Positions 28,031 through 36,767 of a DNA stretch of 64,000 bases are shown here, piece by piece. The notes under the pieces are model-generated. The model ran no database searches, was not told where the DNA came from, and worked only from the letters and a program-made list of their open reading frames with translations. The stretch is taken from positions 202,353 to 266,352 of the forward strand of contig OZ241916.1 in NCBI GenBank assembly GCA_965203865.1, written 5' to 3'. Both the position numbers and the translations under genes were made by a program. This DNA comes from Arenicellales bacterium (GTDB taxonomy: Bacteria > Pseudomonadota > Gammaproteobacteria > Arenicellales > JAJDZL01). Each line of letters opens with the position of its first letter. Position 1 is the stretch's first letter.

Positions 28031-28268
28031 TTGGAAATCTTAGCAACAAGAAAAGCGGGGTGCATGCACCCCGCTTTTTTTTGTCGAAAATCATGGTAAA
28101 TGATGATATTCGCCTTGCATGGATTGCAAGAGGGCAATGTCGGTGAAAAATCGCCGCGAAAAATTAATAAACAAAGCCAATTGCTTGCAAGTCTGGCCCA
28201 AGCTGGCGATTCAAGGCAAATGCCAAGTATCTTGTTTTGAGTCAAGCAAGATTGAATGGTCCCGTCCG
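27073..28268. repeat. left arm of roughly 1.2 kb inverted repeat (porin body + terminator + about 230 bp downstream)
   Basis: Reverse-complement match to 28588-29829, with two divergent internal blocks. Confidence 0.85.
28045..28073 (+). terminator. Rho-independent terminator after porin 1
   Basis: agcggggtgcatgcaccccgct palindromic stem plus a T8 run. A mirrored copy lies at about 28750-28778 for porin 2. Confidence 0.85.
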
Positions 28269-28587
28269 GTACAGAAAATATTTAGCTGCTTCACCGCACT
28301 TTGCAGCGTGTACCGCCTTGAAAGAAGAGTCATATTCAGTTTTATATTGATGCAGGACTGTTTTCATCAACGGTCGTTAGTAGAGTCGAGTTATGCGCTA
28401 GCCCCAGTGATTTACGAAGCCGAAGTAGTAGAGAGACCAGCATTCTTCATTAACATGTTCGCGCAGTCAGATGCTAGAAATGGCAACCAGACTCCAAGGA
28501 AGGAGTACTAGGTACTGCTAGAATTTTCTATTGCTTCAATCAATACCGGCAATAGATGAAAACCAAACTCTGCCCTCTGCGGCAAGA

Positions 28588-29829
28588 TGGGACAATTCAA
28601 TGTTGCTTGACTTGAACAGCCAGTTTCGGACCAGACTTGCAAGCAGCTTGCCTGCCTGTTAAATTTTTTCGCGGCGATGGTTTACCGGCATTGTTGTCTT
28701 GCAGTCCATGCCAGGCGAATATCATCATTTGCCATGATTTTCGGCAAAAAAAAGCGGGGTGCATGCACCCCGCTTTTCTTGTTGCTAAGATTTCCAACTA
28801 GAAATCGACTTTCAGTATAAGCCCTACTGTTGCTTTTTGTTTCGCACCAGCGAAGGTCTTGTTGTTGGTCACGCCTTCCAGAATAATCGTGGATGAACCT
28901 CCAAGCGACTTCGCAATGCTCAGCAGAATAGGAGTCGGCTTGGCTGTCCCACCAAACTCCTGCTTCCTCTGCACCACCTGCATCAGATACGACAAGCCAG
29001 TGTCGCCAAAGGAACCGCCAATTCCAGCGAATGTGCTGGTCGTCTTTTGAACCTGCGTGCCGTCTGCGTCATCATCTTGGTCGCCTCCGCTAGGCGTTTT
29101 CTTCTGCGAATAGCCGAGATAGACTCGAGTGGCGCCGAAGGTGAACTCACCCGCAGCCGTGATGTTGGTGTCCTTAAACGCAGGAGTAGTGCTGTCCGAA
29201 TCGTACGAAACCGCCACCTTGCCACTGCCGAAGCCCGCCGAAAGACCAAACAGAATGCGGTCAATCGACTTGGTGTTTACGGTATTATCGTCGTCGGGAT
29301 AATTGATACATCTGGTTTCAGCTGTGACACTAGCTCCGGTACCACAATTATCTGGGCCTTCGCCGTTACCTTGACCATGAACGTGGTCTCCTCTATCTCT
29401 CGCTCCATTGCCCGCCATGATGGCATCAAGCTGCATGCTCACAGGGCCAGCGGACACTGCATACGAAAGTGCAGGACCGACTCTGTAGCTGCCGTGGCTG
29501 TTGCCGTAGAAGTAGGAGCCGTCTGTAATCGCACCGGTCGAGTTGTACTCGGCGCCCCAGACGCGGCCCATGGTCAGCGTTCCGAACCCGCCGGACAGGC
29601 CCACATAGGACAGCCGGTTGCCGGCAGACAGCGTGGCGGTCCGCAGGTCCAACGCCTCTTCATAGCGGTACACCGCCGTCAGGCCGTCGGAAATCTCGTT
29701 CGAGCCCTTCACGCCCCAGCGACTCCCCTTCGAGTTCAGGGTGGTCTCGCCGGACGCACTTTCCACACCGGCGCGGAACGAGCCGTACCAGGTTGCCTGC
29801 GCAAAGACAATTGAGGGCGCACTCAATTG
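28588..29829. repeat. right arm of roughly 1.2 kb inverted repeat
   Basis: Partner of 27073-28268. Confidence 0.85.
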
Positions 29830-29886
29830 GGGAAATTGGCTTCTGTAGAATGCACTCCCAAATTGTTTAAATGGCACAGGATTCAT
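28798..29886 (-). CDS. Gram-negative porin (copy 2, divergent loops, atypical N-terminus; possibly silent cassette)
   Basis: From LSAPSIVFAQATWYGS onward it is near-identical to copy 1 except in two loop blocks. Upstream of the repeat boundary the N-terminus (MNPVPFKQFGSAFYRSQFPQ) lacks a normal signal peptide. The ORF could also start at 29955. Confidence 0.6.
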   Translation of the reverse strand: MNPVPFKQFGSAFYRSQFPQLSAPSIVFAQATWYGSFRAGVESASGETTLNSKGSRWGVKGSNEISDGLTAVYRYEEALDLRTATLSAGNRLSYVGLSGGFGTLTMGRVWGAEYNSTGAITDGSYFYGNSHGSYRVGPALSYAVSAGPVSMQLDAIMAGNGARDRGDHVHGQGNGEGPDNCGTGASVTAETRCINYPDDDNTVNTKSIDRILFGLSAGFGSGKVAVSYDSDSTTPAFKDTNITAAGEFTFGATRVYLGYSQKKTPSGGDQDDDADGTQVQKTTSTFAGIGGSFGDTGLSYLMQVVQRKQEFGGTAKPTPILLSIAKSLGGSSTIILEGVTNNKTFAGAKQKATVGLILKVDF

Positions 29887-30062
29887 GAGTTTCTTGAAAA
29901 TTATTTGACTTAATAGGGAATTGTTTATAATAATGAGAATTATTATCATTTTCATATAAGATTTTAACTGTTTCGCAAGCAGAGTAAAACAGAATTAGTC
30001 AGAAAAAGGTGCCTATAGTTTGAGTCTTGTTGTCAATATACTATTGATGAGGACTATACATA

Positions 30063-30959
30063 ATGAAAAAGCAATTTCTGGCTTTTGCTGTAGTTTTGCT
30101 ATTCAGCACGCCTTCAATAACTTTTGCCGAGGTAGTTTGGTACGGATCTTTTGCTGGCGGCATTAAATCTGAAGATGGAGAAACTACATTCAGTGACTAC
30201 AGTTCCGTCTGGGGTGTTGAAGGGGCCACTGAAATATCACCTGGTTTGTCGGCCATTTTTCAATTCGAAGCATTCCTGGATTTGGCGAATGCCACTATCA
30301 ATCCTGAAGATGACGAAGGAGTCCCCGGTGCGGGATTGGCCTATGTAGGTCTTTCCGGAGGATTCGGAACTCTTGCAATGGGTCGCTTGATTGCGGCACC
30401 CGATCTGGTTACCGGAATCATTGATAATTCGCTGGAATGGGGCGAGGGGCCTGACGCAGCCGAATTGGATTCGGTGCTATCCTATGCAGTAGATGCGGGA
30501 CCAGCCAGTATTCAGTTGGATTTGGTAATGGATTCAGGTGAGGAAACCTTGGACAGAACACTTTTTGGTTCCAGTTTTGAATTTGGTAGCGGCGGCGTTG
30601 CTTTATTCTACGACAAAAACAAATCAGAATTTACTGAAACAGGATTAGCCGCTGAGCAGGCTGTTGGTCCGGTTCGATTGTATCTGGGTGGAATTCAGAA
30701 CAAACCAGAAGAAGGCACTAAAACGACGAACTACTTCTTTGGCTTTGATGGCTCTATTGGCGATTCAGGATTGACATATCTTGTACAGGCCACCCGAAAG
30801 AAAGACGTAACCGGCAAACCAACACCTATAGTTTTAAATTTGACAAAAGAACTCGGCGGCAGTAGTGCAATCACTTTCGAGGCAAAAACTAATGACAAGG
30901 ATGATGAGGGCGCAAAAATAAAGACAGCGGCTGGAATTGCCTTGATAGTAGACTTCTAA
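30063..30959 (+). CDS. Gram-negative porin (third, divergent paralog, host-like composition)
   Basis: Signal peptide MKKQFLAFAVVLLFSTPSITFA, then EVVWYGSFAGG ... LIVDF. Confidence 0.8.
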   Translation: MKKQFLAFAVVLLFSTPSITFAEVVWYGSFAGGIKSEDGETTFSDYSSVWGVEGATEISPGLSAIFQFEAFLDLANATINPEDDEGVPGAGLAYVGLSGGFGTLAMGRLIAAPDLVTGIIDNSLEWGEGPDAAELDSVLSYAVDAGPASIQLDLVMDSGEETLDRTLFGSSFEFGSGGVALFYDKNKSEFTETGLAAEQAVGPVRLYLGGIQNKPEEGTKTTNYFFGFDGSIGDSGLTYLVQATRKKDVTGKPTPIVLNLTKELGGSSAITFEAKTNDKDDEGAKIKTAAGIALIVDF

Positions 30960-30980
30960 TACGTTGATCGAAAATTAAAA

Positions 30981-31007
30981 AAGGGACGGAGTGCCGTCCC
31001 TTTTTTA
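30981..31007 (+). terminator. Rho-independent terminator after porin 3
   Basis: aagggacgg agtg ccgtccctt stem followed by a T-run. Confidence 0.8.
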
Positions 31008-31034
31008 TTTATGAGCAATTTATTCTCATTGCTT

Positions 31035-31586
31035 TCAATGATTTCTGGTTTGATATTTTCCTTTTTCATCTTCACGAAAAGTCACAAGGCTGTGCAGAGG
31101 AATGGGTGCCAATTTTTCTCGCCCGCCTAAATCAATCAATTCGATAATTGCAACGCACTCGTGTACTTGACCCCCAAGATTGGCCACCAATTCAACAGAT
31201 GCACTCAAAGTTCCTCCGGTCGCGACCACATCGTCGACAACAAGTATTTTTTGTTCACTTGCAATTGCATCCACATGAATTTCCAATCCGCTTTTTCCGT
31301 ATTCAAGAGCGTATTGGGTTGAGACAGTTTTACCCGGTAGTTTGCCTTGTTTGCGTATGGGAATCAGTGGAAGATTCAGAAGATACGCCAGCACTGAACC
31401 AAAAACAAATCCTCTGGCCTCGACCACTGCAACTCCTTCTACATTAGTACCCTCATAGCGTTGATGCAGCTGGTTGATGCAATACCTTGCTGCTTGGGGA
31501 TTTTGTAGCAATGTTGTAATGTCGCGAAATCGAACGCCTTCAACAGGATAGTTCAATACAGTGCGAATCGTGGACTTTACATCCAT
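31035..31586 (-). CDS. apt: adenine phosphoribosyltransferase
   Basis: PYPVEGVRFRDIT-like N-terminus and the PRPP-binding loop ILVVDDVVATGGT. Confidence 0.9.
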   Translation of the reverse strand: MDVKSTIRTVLNYPVEGVRFRDITTLLQNPQAARYCINQLHQRYEGTNVEGVAVVEARGFVFGSVLAYLLNLPLIPIRKQGKLPGKTVSTQYALEYGKSGLEIHVDAIASEQKILVVDDVVATGGTLSASVELVANLGGQVHECVAIIELIDLGGREKLAPIPLHSLVTFREDEKGKYQTRNH

Positions 31587-31673
31587 TAGGAAGCACAAAA
31601 CTACATTTGATTAAAGTTCAGTTCTTTTCAGTAGAAACTCAGCAATTGCTTTATGTTTTGAGCTTAACCAGTA

Positions 31674-33020
31674 CTATGTTCCCAAGACATCAATAGTAGC
31701 CGCGCGAAGAATTGCGCACAACCGGTCTATTTCATCATTTGTAATAACAATTGGCGGTGCAATGCAAAAAACATCTCCGCGAACTCGGCTAAATAATCCT
31801 CTTTCAATAGCAGCACTCAGAACTTTGTCTCCGATTTTGTCTTCGGCGGGGAATGGTTCCTTGGTTGACCGATCCTTTACATACTCAACACCTGCAATCA
31901 AACCCAGTCCTCGAATATCTCCAACATGAGGATGGTCCCCAAGTGCAGTATTCAGATTTTCCATTAGTCTGTTGCCTTTATCTGCAGCTTGGGCAGGAAA
32001 GTCTTCGCGTTGCACCAAGTCCAGCATGGCCAGCGCAACCGCACTTCCAATCGGATGTGCACTGTATGTATAGGCATGCATGAAAGGTTCTGATTTTTCA
32101 TCGAAAACCGACGCAATTTTGTCATTCACTCCGGTTCCGCCGAATGGAAAGTATCCGGAAGTGATTGCTTTGGCGAAATTGATCATATCCGGTTCAACCC
32201 CCCAATGATTCAACGCAAACATTTCACCGGTTCGGCCAAAACCCGTAATCACCTCGTCTGCCACAAAAAGCACTTCATACTTGTCGCAAATCTCACGAAT
32301 CCGGGGGAAATAGTCGTCTTGAGGTGCGATAACACCACCCGACCCCTGTACTGGCTCTGCGATAAACATTGCCACAGTCTCCGGTCCTTCTGCCAATATT
32401 GCTTTTTCAAGTTCGTTTGCCGCCGCAACACCTTGGGAAACGCTCGTATCAGTTTGCTCGTACCGATAGGGGTAAGGGGAAGGAATAAACGCAAAGCCTG
32501 GAATACGCGGTTCAAACAAGGGCCAATATGCGGGAATTCCCGTAGCACACATTGCAGCAAACGTCACTCCGTGATACCCGAACATTCGGGAAATGACTTT
32601 CGTCTTATCCGGCTTGCCGCATAATTTCCAATAGTATCTTGATATTTTTAACGAGGTATCCGTTGCTTCACCGCCGCCAGAAGTCAGGAAAAAACGATTG
32701 ATTGACGGGTACATCAACTCTGCGAGTTGAGTTCCCAGTTGTATCGCCTTGTCATTTGAGCTTCCTATGTATCCTGAAGCATACGGTAGTCTTGCATACT
32801 GCCCTGTTGCAGCATCCTTGAGCTCCTGTGCACTGTGTCCAGCGGTATTGTTCCACAATCCCGCAAGTCCGTCGATGTACTCTTTTCCATCAGAGTCAAT
32901 GAGAGTTGAACCCCGCCCTTCAACCCAAATTCTTGCGTTTTTGTGGGCAGAGTTTATATGCAGCGGATGAATCAAGTGTCCGCTGTCTTGTGCTAGCAAT
33001 GCTGAACTGGTACTGGCCAT
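31674..33020 (-). CDS. class III (omega-type) pyridoxal-phosphate aminotransferase
   Basis: 448 aa. LFVADEVITGFGRTG and the FAKAITSGY Lys motif are typical of aminotransferase class III. Confidence 0.85.
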   Translation of the reverse strand: MASTSSALLAQDSGHLIHPLHINSAHKNARIWVEGRGSTLIDSDGKEYIDGLAGLWNNTAGHSAQELKDAATGQYARLPYASGYIGSSNDKAIQLGTQLAELMYPSINRFFLTSGGGEATDTSLKISRYYWKLCGKPDKTKVISRMFGYHGVTFAAMCATGIPAYWPLFEPRIPGFAFIPSPYPYRYEQTDTSVSQGVAAANELEKAILAEGPETVAMFIAEPVQGSGGVIAPQDDYFPRIREICDKYEVLFVADEVITGFGRTGEMFALNHWGVEPDMINFAKAITSGYFPFGGTGVNDKIASVFDEKSEPFMHAYTYSAHPIGSAVALAMLDLVQREDFPAQAADKGNRLMENLNTALGDHPHVGDIRGLGLIAGVEYVKDRSTKEPFPAEDKIGDKVLSAAIERGLFSRVRGDVFCIAPPIVITNDEIDRLCAILRAATIDVLGT

Positions 33021-33094
33021 AATGAACTATCTCGTATTAAATTGTTGAATTTGAATGTTTATGTGAACTTTTCTGCAATTTAACAAATCGCAGA

Positions 33095-33784
33095 CTATCT
33101 TGTTATTTCGACTGTTGCAACAGGGCCTTGCCATCTATGCTTATCCGGGTCAAGCGCTGAGCCCTCTCCGCCCATAATTCCTGGATGCCGCTCAATACTC
33201 CCTTCTATTGAAACACCTGTTATGCCTGATGCGGATAGATTCGCCTGACCGCTTGGATCTGCTGGTATGCCGGGAGTATTTGGAACACCTCCGCCAGTAA
33301 TTTGCTCGTCATTGGCTTCTGTGCCTGCATCTATTGCATATAGTTCTTGAATCCCATCGCGGATTAATATGTTATCCAAAGCGACAAAACCATCGTTTGT
33401 TGGCAAAATCATGGCAATCATCGACATTCTTGTATTCGAACTGTCAAGTTCAACTGATACAGATTCACCTGGACCGAGCAATCCATTCGCCGGATTTTCA
33501 ATGACCTGTGCATTTTCGAATGACATTGCGATTGGAGCGATATTGCCTCCCTCGGCAACTGCCTGCAATTGCTCCGATGCTACCTTTCCGAATGTGAACA
33601 TACCAGTCTCAAGCATACCGTGCCCTGCAATCAAAATTGGAGTCAGATAAGCATTTGGAGTTACATTGGTTATGCTAACTTTAACGCTTCGCATCATCAT
33701 ATCTTCTTTGCTTCCGTACATGGCGGTGCATGCACTAAGCATAGCGCTAGCCAGCAAAAAGAAAGCAATGATATATTTTTTCAT
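33095..33784 (-). CDS. spondin_N domain lipoprotein
   Basis: Lipobox MKKYIIAFFLLASAMLSAC. MIAMILPTNDGFVAL and AIDAGTEANDE resemble bacterial spondin N-terminal domain proteins. Confidence 0.55.
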   Translation of the reverse strand: MKKYIIAFFLLASAMLSACTAMYGSKEDMMMRSVKVSITNVTPNAYLTPILIAGHGMLETGMFTFGKVASEQLQAVAEGGNIAPIAMSFENAQVIENPANGLLGPGESVSVELDSSNTRMSMIAMILPTNDGFVALDNILIRDGIQELYAIDAGTEANDEQITGGGVPNTPGIPADPSGQANLSASGITGVSIEGSIERHPGIMGGEGSALDPDKHRWQGPVATVEITR

Positions 33785-33991
33785 AAACAACTCCCGGAGA
33801 ATGAAAAAAATTAAAGATTGGGATCCTACAATCAAGGCAATATCATAACATGCAAGGCAAAATTAATTAGATTAAACAACAACTTCTAGCCAATTTGGAG
33901 AAGATAAGCCAAGTTGTTCTCAAAATGATCTTCAATTTAGAAGATATCAAGGGGAATAACCTGCAGAGCGTAAATCCTTATTGGTACCGTT

Positions 33992-34816
33992 TTATGGTAA
34001 TAGTTTAGGAACCCCGCATCCCTTCCAATTCAATTTCTCACATTCACGGGCCGCTTGCTTGACTATTTTTAGTTGACTCTTGGTCAGTTTACTTTCAATT
34101 TTCTGAATTAATTCAAATGATGCCAATATCCCCCCGGAATGCGCTGCAATTGATGACCAAAGATATGCTCGGCGAAGTAATTCAAATGAATCATAATTTG
34201 TGAAATAAAGCAATCCCAGATTGTATTGTGCCTCAGCAAGTCCCTGCTTTGCCGCAAGCCTGTACCATTTCACCGCTTTTTGCTGGCTTCGGGCAACTCC
34301 TACTCCTTTGTCGTACATCAATCCGAGATTGTATTGTGCCTCAGCAAGTCCCTGATCCGCCGCAAGTTTGTACCATCTCGCCGCTTCTAGCTTGTCCCGG
34401 ATAATTCCTTCTCCTTTGTCGTACTTTAATCCCAGATTGTATTGTGCCTCAGCAAGTCCCTGCGCCGCTGCACGCTTGAACCATTTCACCGCTTCTCGCC
34501 GGTTCCGGTCAACTCCTACTCCTCTGCCGTACATCACTCCCAGATGGAATTGTGCCTCAGCAATTCCCTGCACCGCTGCCCGCCTGAACCACCTAGCTGC
34601 TTCTCGCTTGTCCCGGACAACTCCTTCTCCGTCGTAGTATATCAATCCGAGATGGTATTGTGCCACAGCATCTCCTTGCTCAGCACTTTCAAATAATTGA
34701 GTCAATACTTCGCTGTATTCTATATTTTCATGGGAATTGGCTACTCTAGACCCAATACCGTAATGCAAAATAATTAAGCTCGCAAAAATAACGATAACCA
34801 ATCTATTCATAGTCAA
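33992..34816 (-). CDS. Sel1-repeat (TPR-like) protein, secreted
   Basis: Repeated AEAQYNLGLMYDKGVGV ... A.KWY..AA.QG units, five or more in total, with an N-terminal hydrophobic signal. Confidence 0.85.
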   Translation of the reverse strand: MTMNRLVIVIFASLIILHYGIGSRVANSHENIEYSEVLTQLFESAEQGDAVAQYHLGLIYYDGEGVVRDKREAARWFRRAAVQGIAEAQFHLGVMYGRGVGVDRNRREAVKWFKRAAAQGLAEAQYNLGLKYDKGEGIIRDKLEAARWYKLAADQGLAEAQYNLGLMYDKGVGVARSQQKAVKWYRLAAKQGLAEAQYNLGLLYFTNYDSFELLRRAYLWSSIAAHSGGILASFELIQKIESKLTKSQLKIVKQAARECEKLNWKGCGVPKLLP

Positions 34817-34881
34817 GCAACTCCAAGATTAACTGCGTTGTATTTCAGGCCCATTACCCAATTTCCTTTGTGCCTATACAC

Positions 34882-35088
34882 TTACATCAGCCTAACTGTA
34901 ATAGGAGCATGATTCACAGTGGTTTTCAAAAGCCTATCGGGCAATTGGCTATTCCAGTGCCAGCGGTTGAACCAGTATAGAAACTCGTTGACATGCTCCT
35001 GATTATACATTTTTGGGGTCTTCAGGGTTTTGTGTGGCTGAATTCGATTAGTGCATAGTATATAGTGAAAAGGAGAAGAATGGTACAC
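34882..35088 (-). mobile_element. IS1595-family transposase C-terminal remnant (divergent)
   Basis: VNEFLYWFNRWHWNSQLPDRLLKTTVNHAPI parallels YVDEFVLRFNRRF ... LLGRLLQAAVDHVPI at 45871-46119. Confidence 0.55.
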
Positions 35089-36189
35089 AACAAGGGAGGC
35101 AGTGGATATGGTGAATGCGGATTCGCCGGTGGAGCGGATTCAGCGGTACCGGTTCACTGACAAGAAATTGTGGGGTGACGCTCCTGATGCATTGCAAAAA
35201 TCCGTAGCACTGCCAAGGCATTGGTTCGAAACTCGTATCCCGGCACCAAGCGCAGAAATTGCAAAGCAACTGGATTTGAACAAAACACAAGTTCATACTT
35301 GGTTAAAATGCAGCAAACTTGAAGGTAGAGTAATCAGGAAGACTAGTCCTGTGCGTTATTCTGTTCCTGAAGATGGCAAGAAGCAGAAGTCTCTTCAGGG
35401 TCTTTGATATGCACACTCAACTTCGGTGCTCTGCATTCAAGAATGCTGATTTACTTGATTCGTCTGGCTGACCATCCTCTGAATTTAGCCTAGTTGGAAA
35501 TTAACATCGAAACCGATCTTAACATTCAACTGGCGGCATTTTTGATTGGGTGAATTGGATGGTAGATTACAGACGATGGAAGCGTAAGCGGTGGTTCTCC
35601 AACTTGCCGGATCAAATATGGACCTCAACCGTAATTCACTACCGCAAATTCCGCCACTTTTTGAAATGATTCGTCAACTTTAACGAGTTCTCTGTCATAG
35701 AATACGACCCATTTACCCCGATGCTCTGTCTCGAGTACTCCAAGCATCCGTCATATGTTTCAATATTCTCCAATAATGTGGCAATCATTGCCCAGCCTCC
35801 TAATACTACTTTCACTCTATCACATTTGTGGAATGTTGACAAAGTTATATACGGGTTCAAACAATATGCGACTTAGTCAACTGTTGTCAGTCGCCTCAAC
35901 ACTATGGAGAAAATCGTACGGGAACGAGGTGGTGGTAGATGTCTCCGACTTCAGCGGGGGAAAGGGTCAGCCGGAAACACTATTCTGAAACGCGTTCCTC
36001 CGAAAGTGGTTCCGGGGGAACTTCGGACTCATCTGGAGCATTTTGCTCCAAAATCAAGGGCACCAAGTAAAGTAGGATTCCTGCGGAAGTCAGTAGTGCA
36101 GTAGCAGCTGCCCAAATGGTTTGCCGCGATCTACTTGATGGGAGCTGACAAGGGCGGGATTTTGGCTCAACGGCTTTCCAAGATGATAG

Positions 36190-36320
36190 GCATGCCTTGG
36201 TCAACCGCCGATCGAATGTTGAGGAATATATCGCCGATTCTAGGAACCTCAGTTGCCGGACCGATTGCTACAGGCCGCCGTTGCCCATGTGCCGATTCAG
36301 GCTTTCCTTACTATAAGATC
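36190..36320 (+). mobile_element. IS1595-family 3'-end remnant
   Basis: The DNA aligns with 45965-46090 (cgccgattc ... cctcagttgc ... catgtgccgattc.ggctt.cctta). Confidence 0.55.
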
Positions 36321-36391
36321 AAAAGAATTAAATTTGCAACTGTGAACAAGTTCCTTAGTGCAGTTTCTTTCGAATATTTACAATTTTCTTG

Positions 36392-36595
36392 CTACATTGT
36401 ATTTGCATTCCCGGTTGCAATTACTTGTGCTCTGACAGCCTCAGAGTTCGCATTGGTTATGGAATTATTAATGTCTGACACCGCAGATTTTGCAGTGCAA
36501 TCCTCTGTCAATCCCATTGAATCCGGGCAGTTATGCGTGCAGGCACTAATAAAAAAGCACATGGATATTGATAAAACACCAAATAAAGATTTCAC
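36392..36595 (-). CDS. small putative lipoprotein
   Basis: MKSLFGVLSISMCFFISAC lipobox-like signal. No homolog recognised. Confidence 0.3.
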   Translation of the reverse strand: MKSLFGVLSISMCFFISACTHNCPDSMGLTEDCTAKSAVSDINNSITNANSEAVRAQVIATGNANTM

Positions 36596-36767
36596 TTCCT
36601 TCTCCTATACTTGTAGAGTTACAATTTGCACTACTTCCAATAATATCATGTTGCAACATCTTTCAACAAAACAATTTTCACAATATGCCGGAAATCTCTG
36701 TCCCTTGTTGCAAGTAAATCCTGAACTGATACCAAAGAATCTTGTTCAATTGGTCTGTGATGAACTT

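Noticed and set aside
29047-29814. A 255-aa plus-strand ORF, together with the 105-aa minus-strand ORF at 27054-27371. Both are Arg/Ala/Gly-rich.
   Set aside because: Both are antisense to the GC-rich porin bodies. Long open antisense frames are expected in GC-rich DNA. The porin frames have a clear signal peptide, beta-strand periodicity and a terminal Phe.
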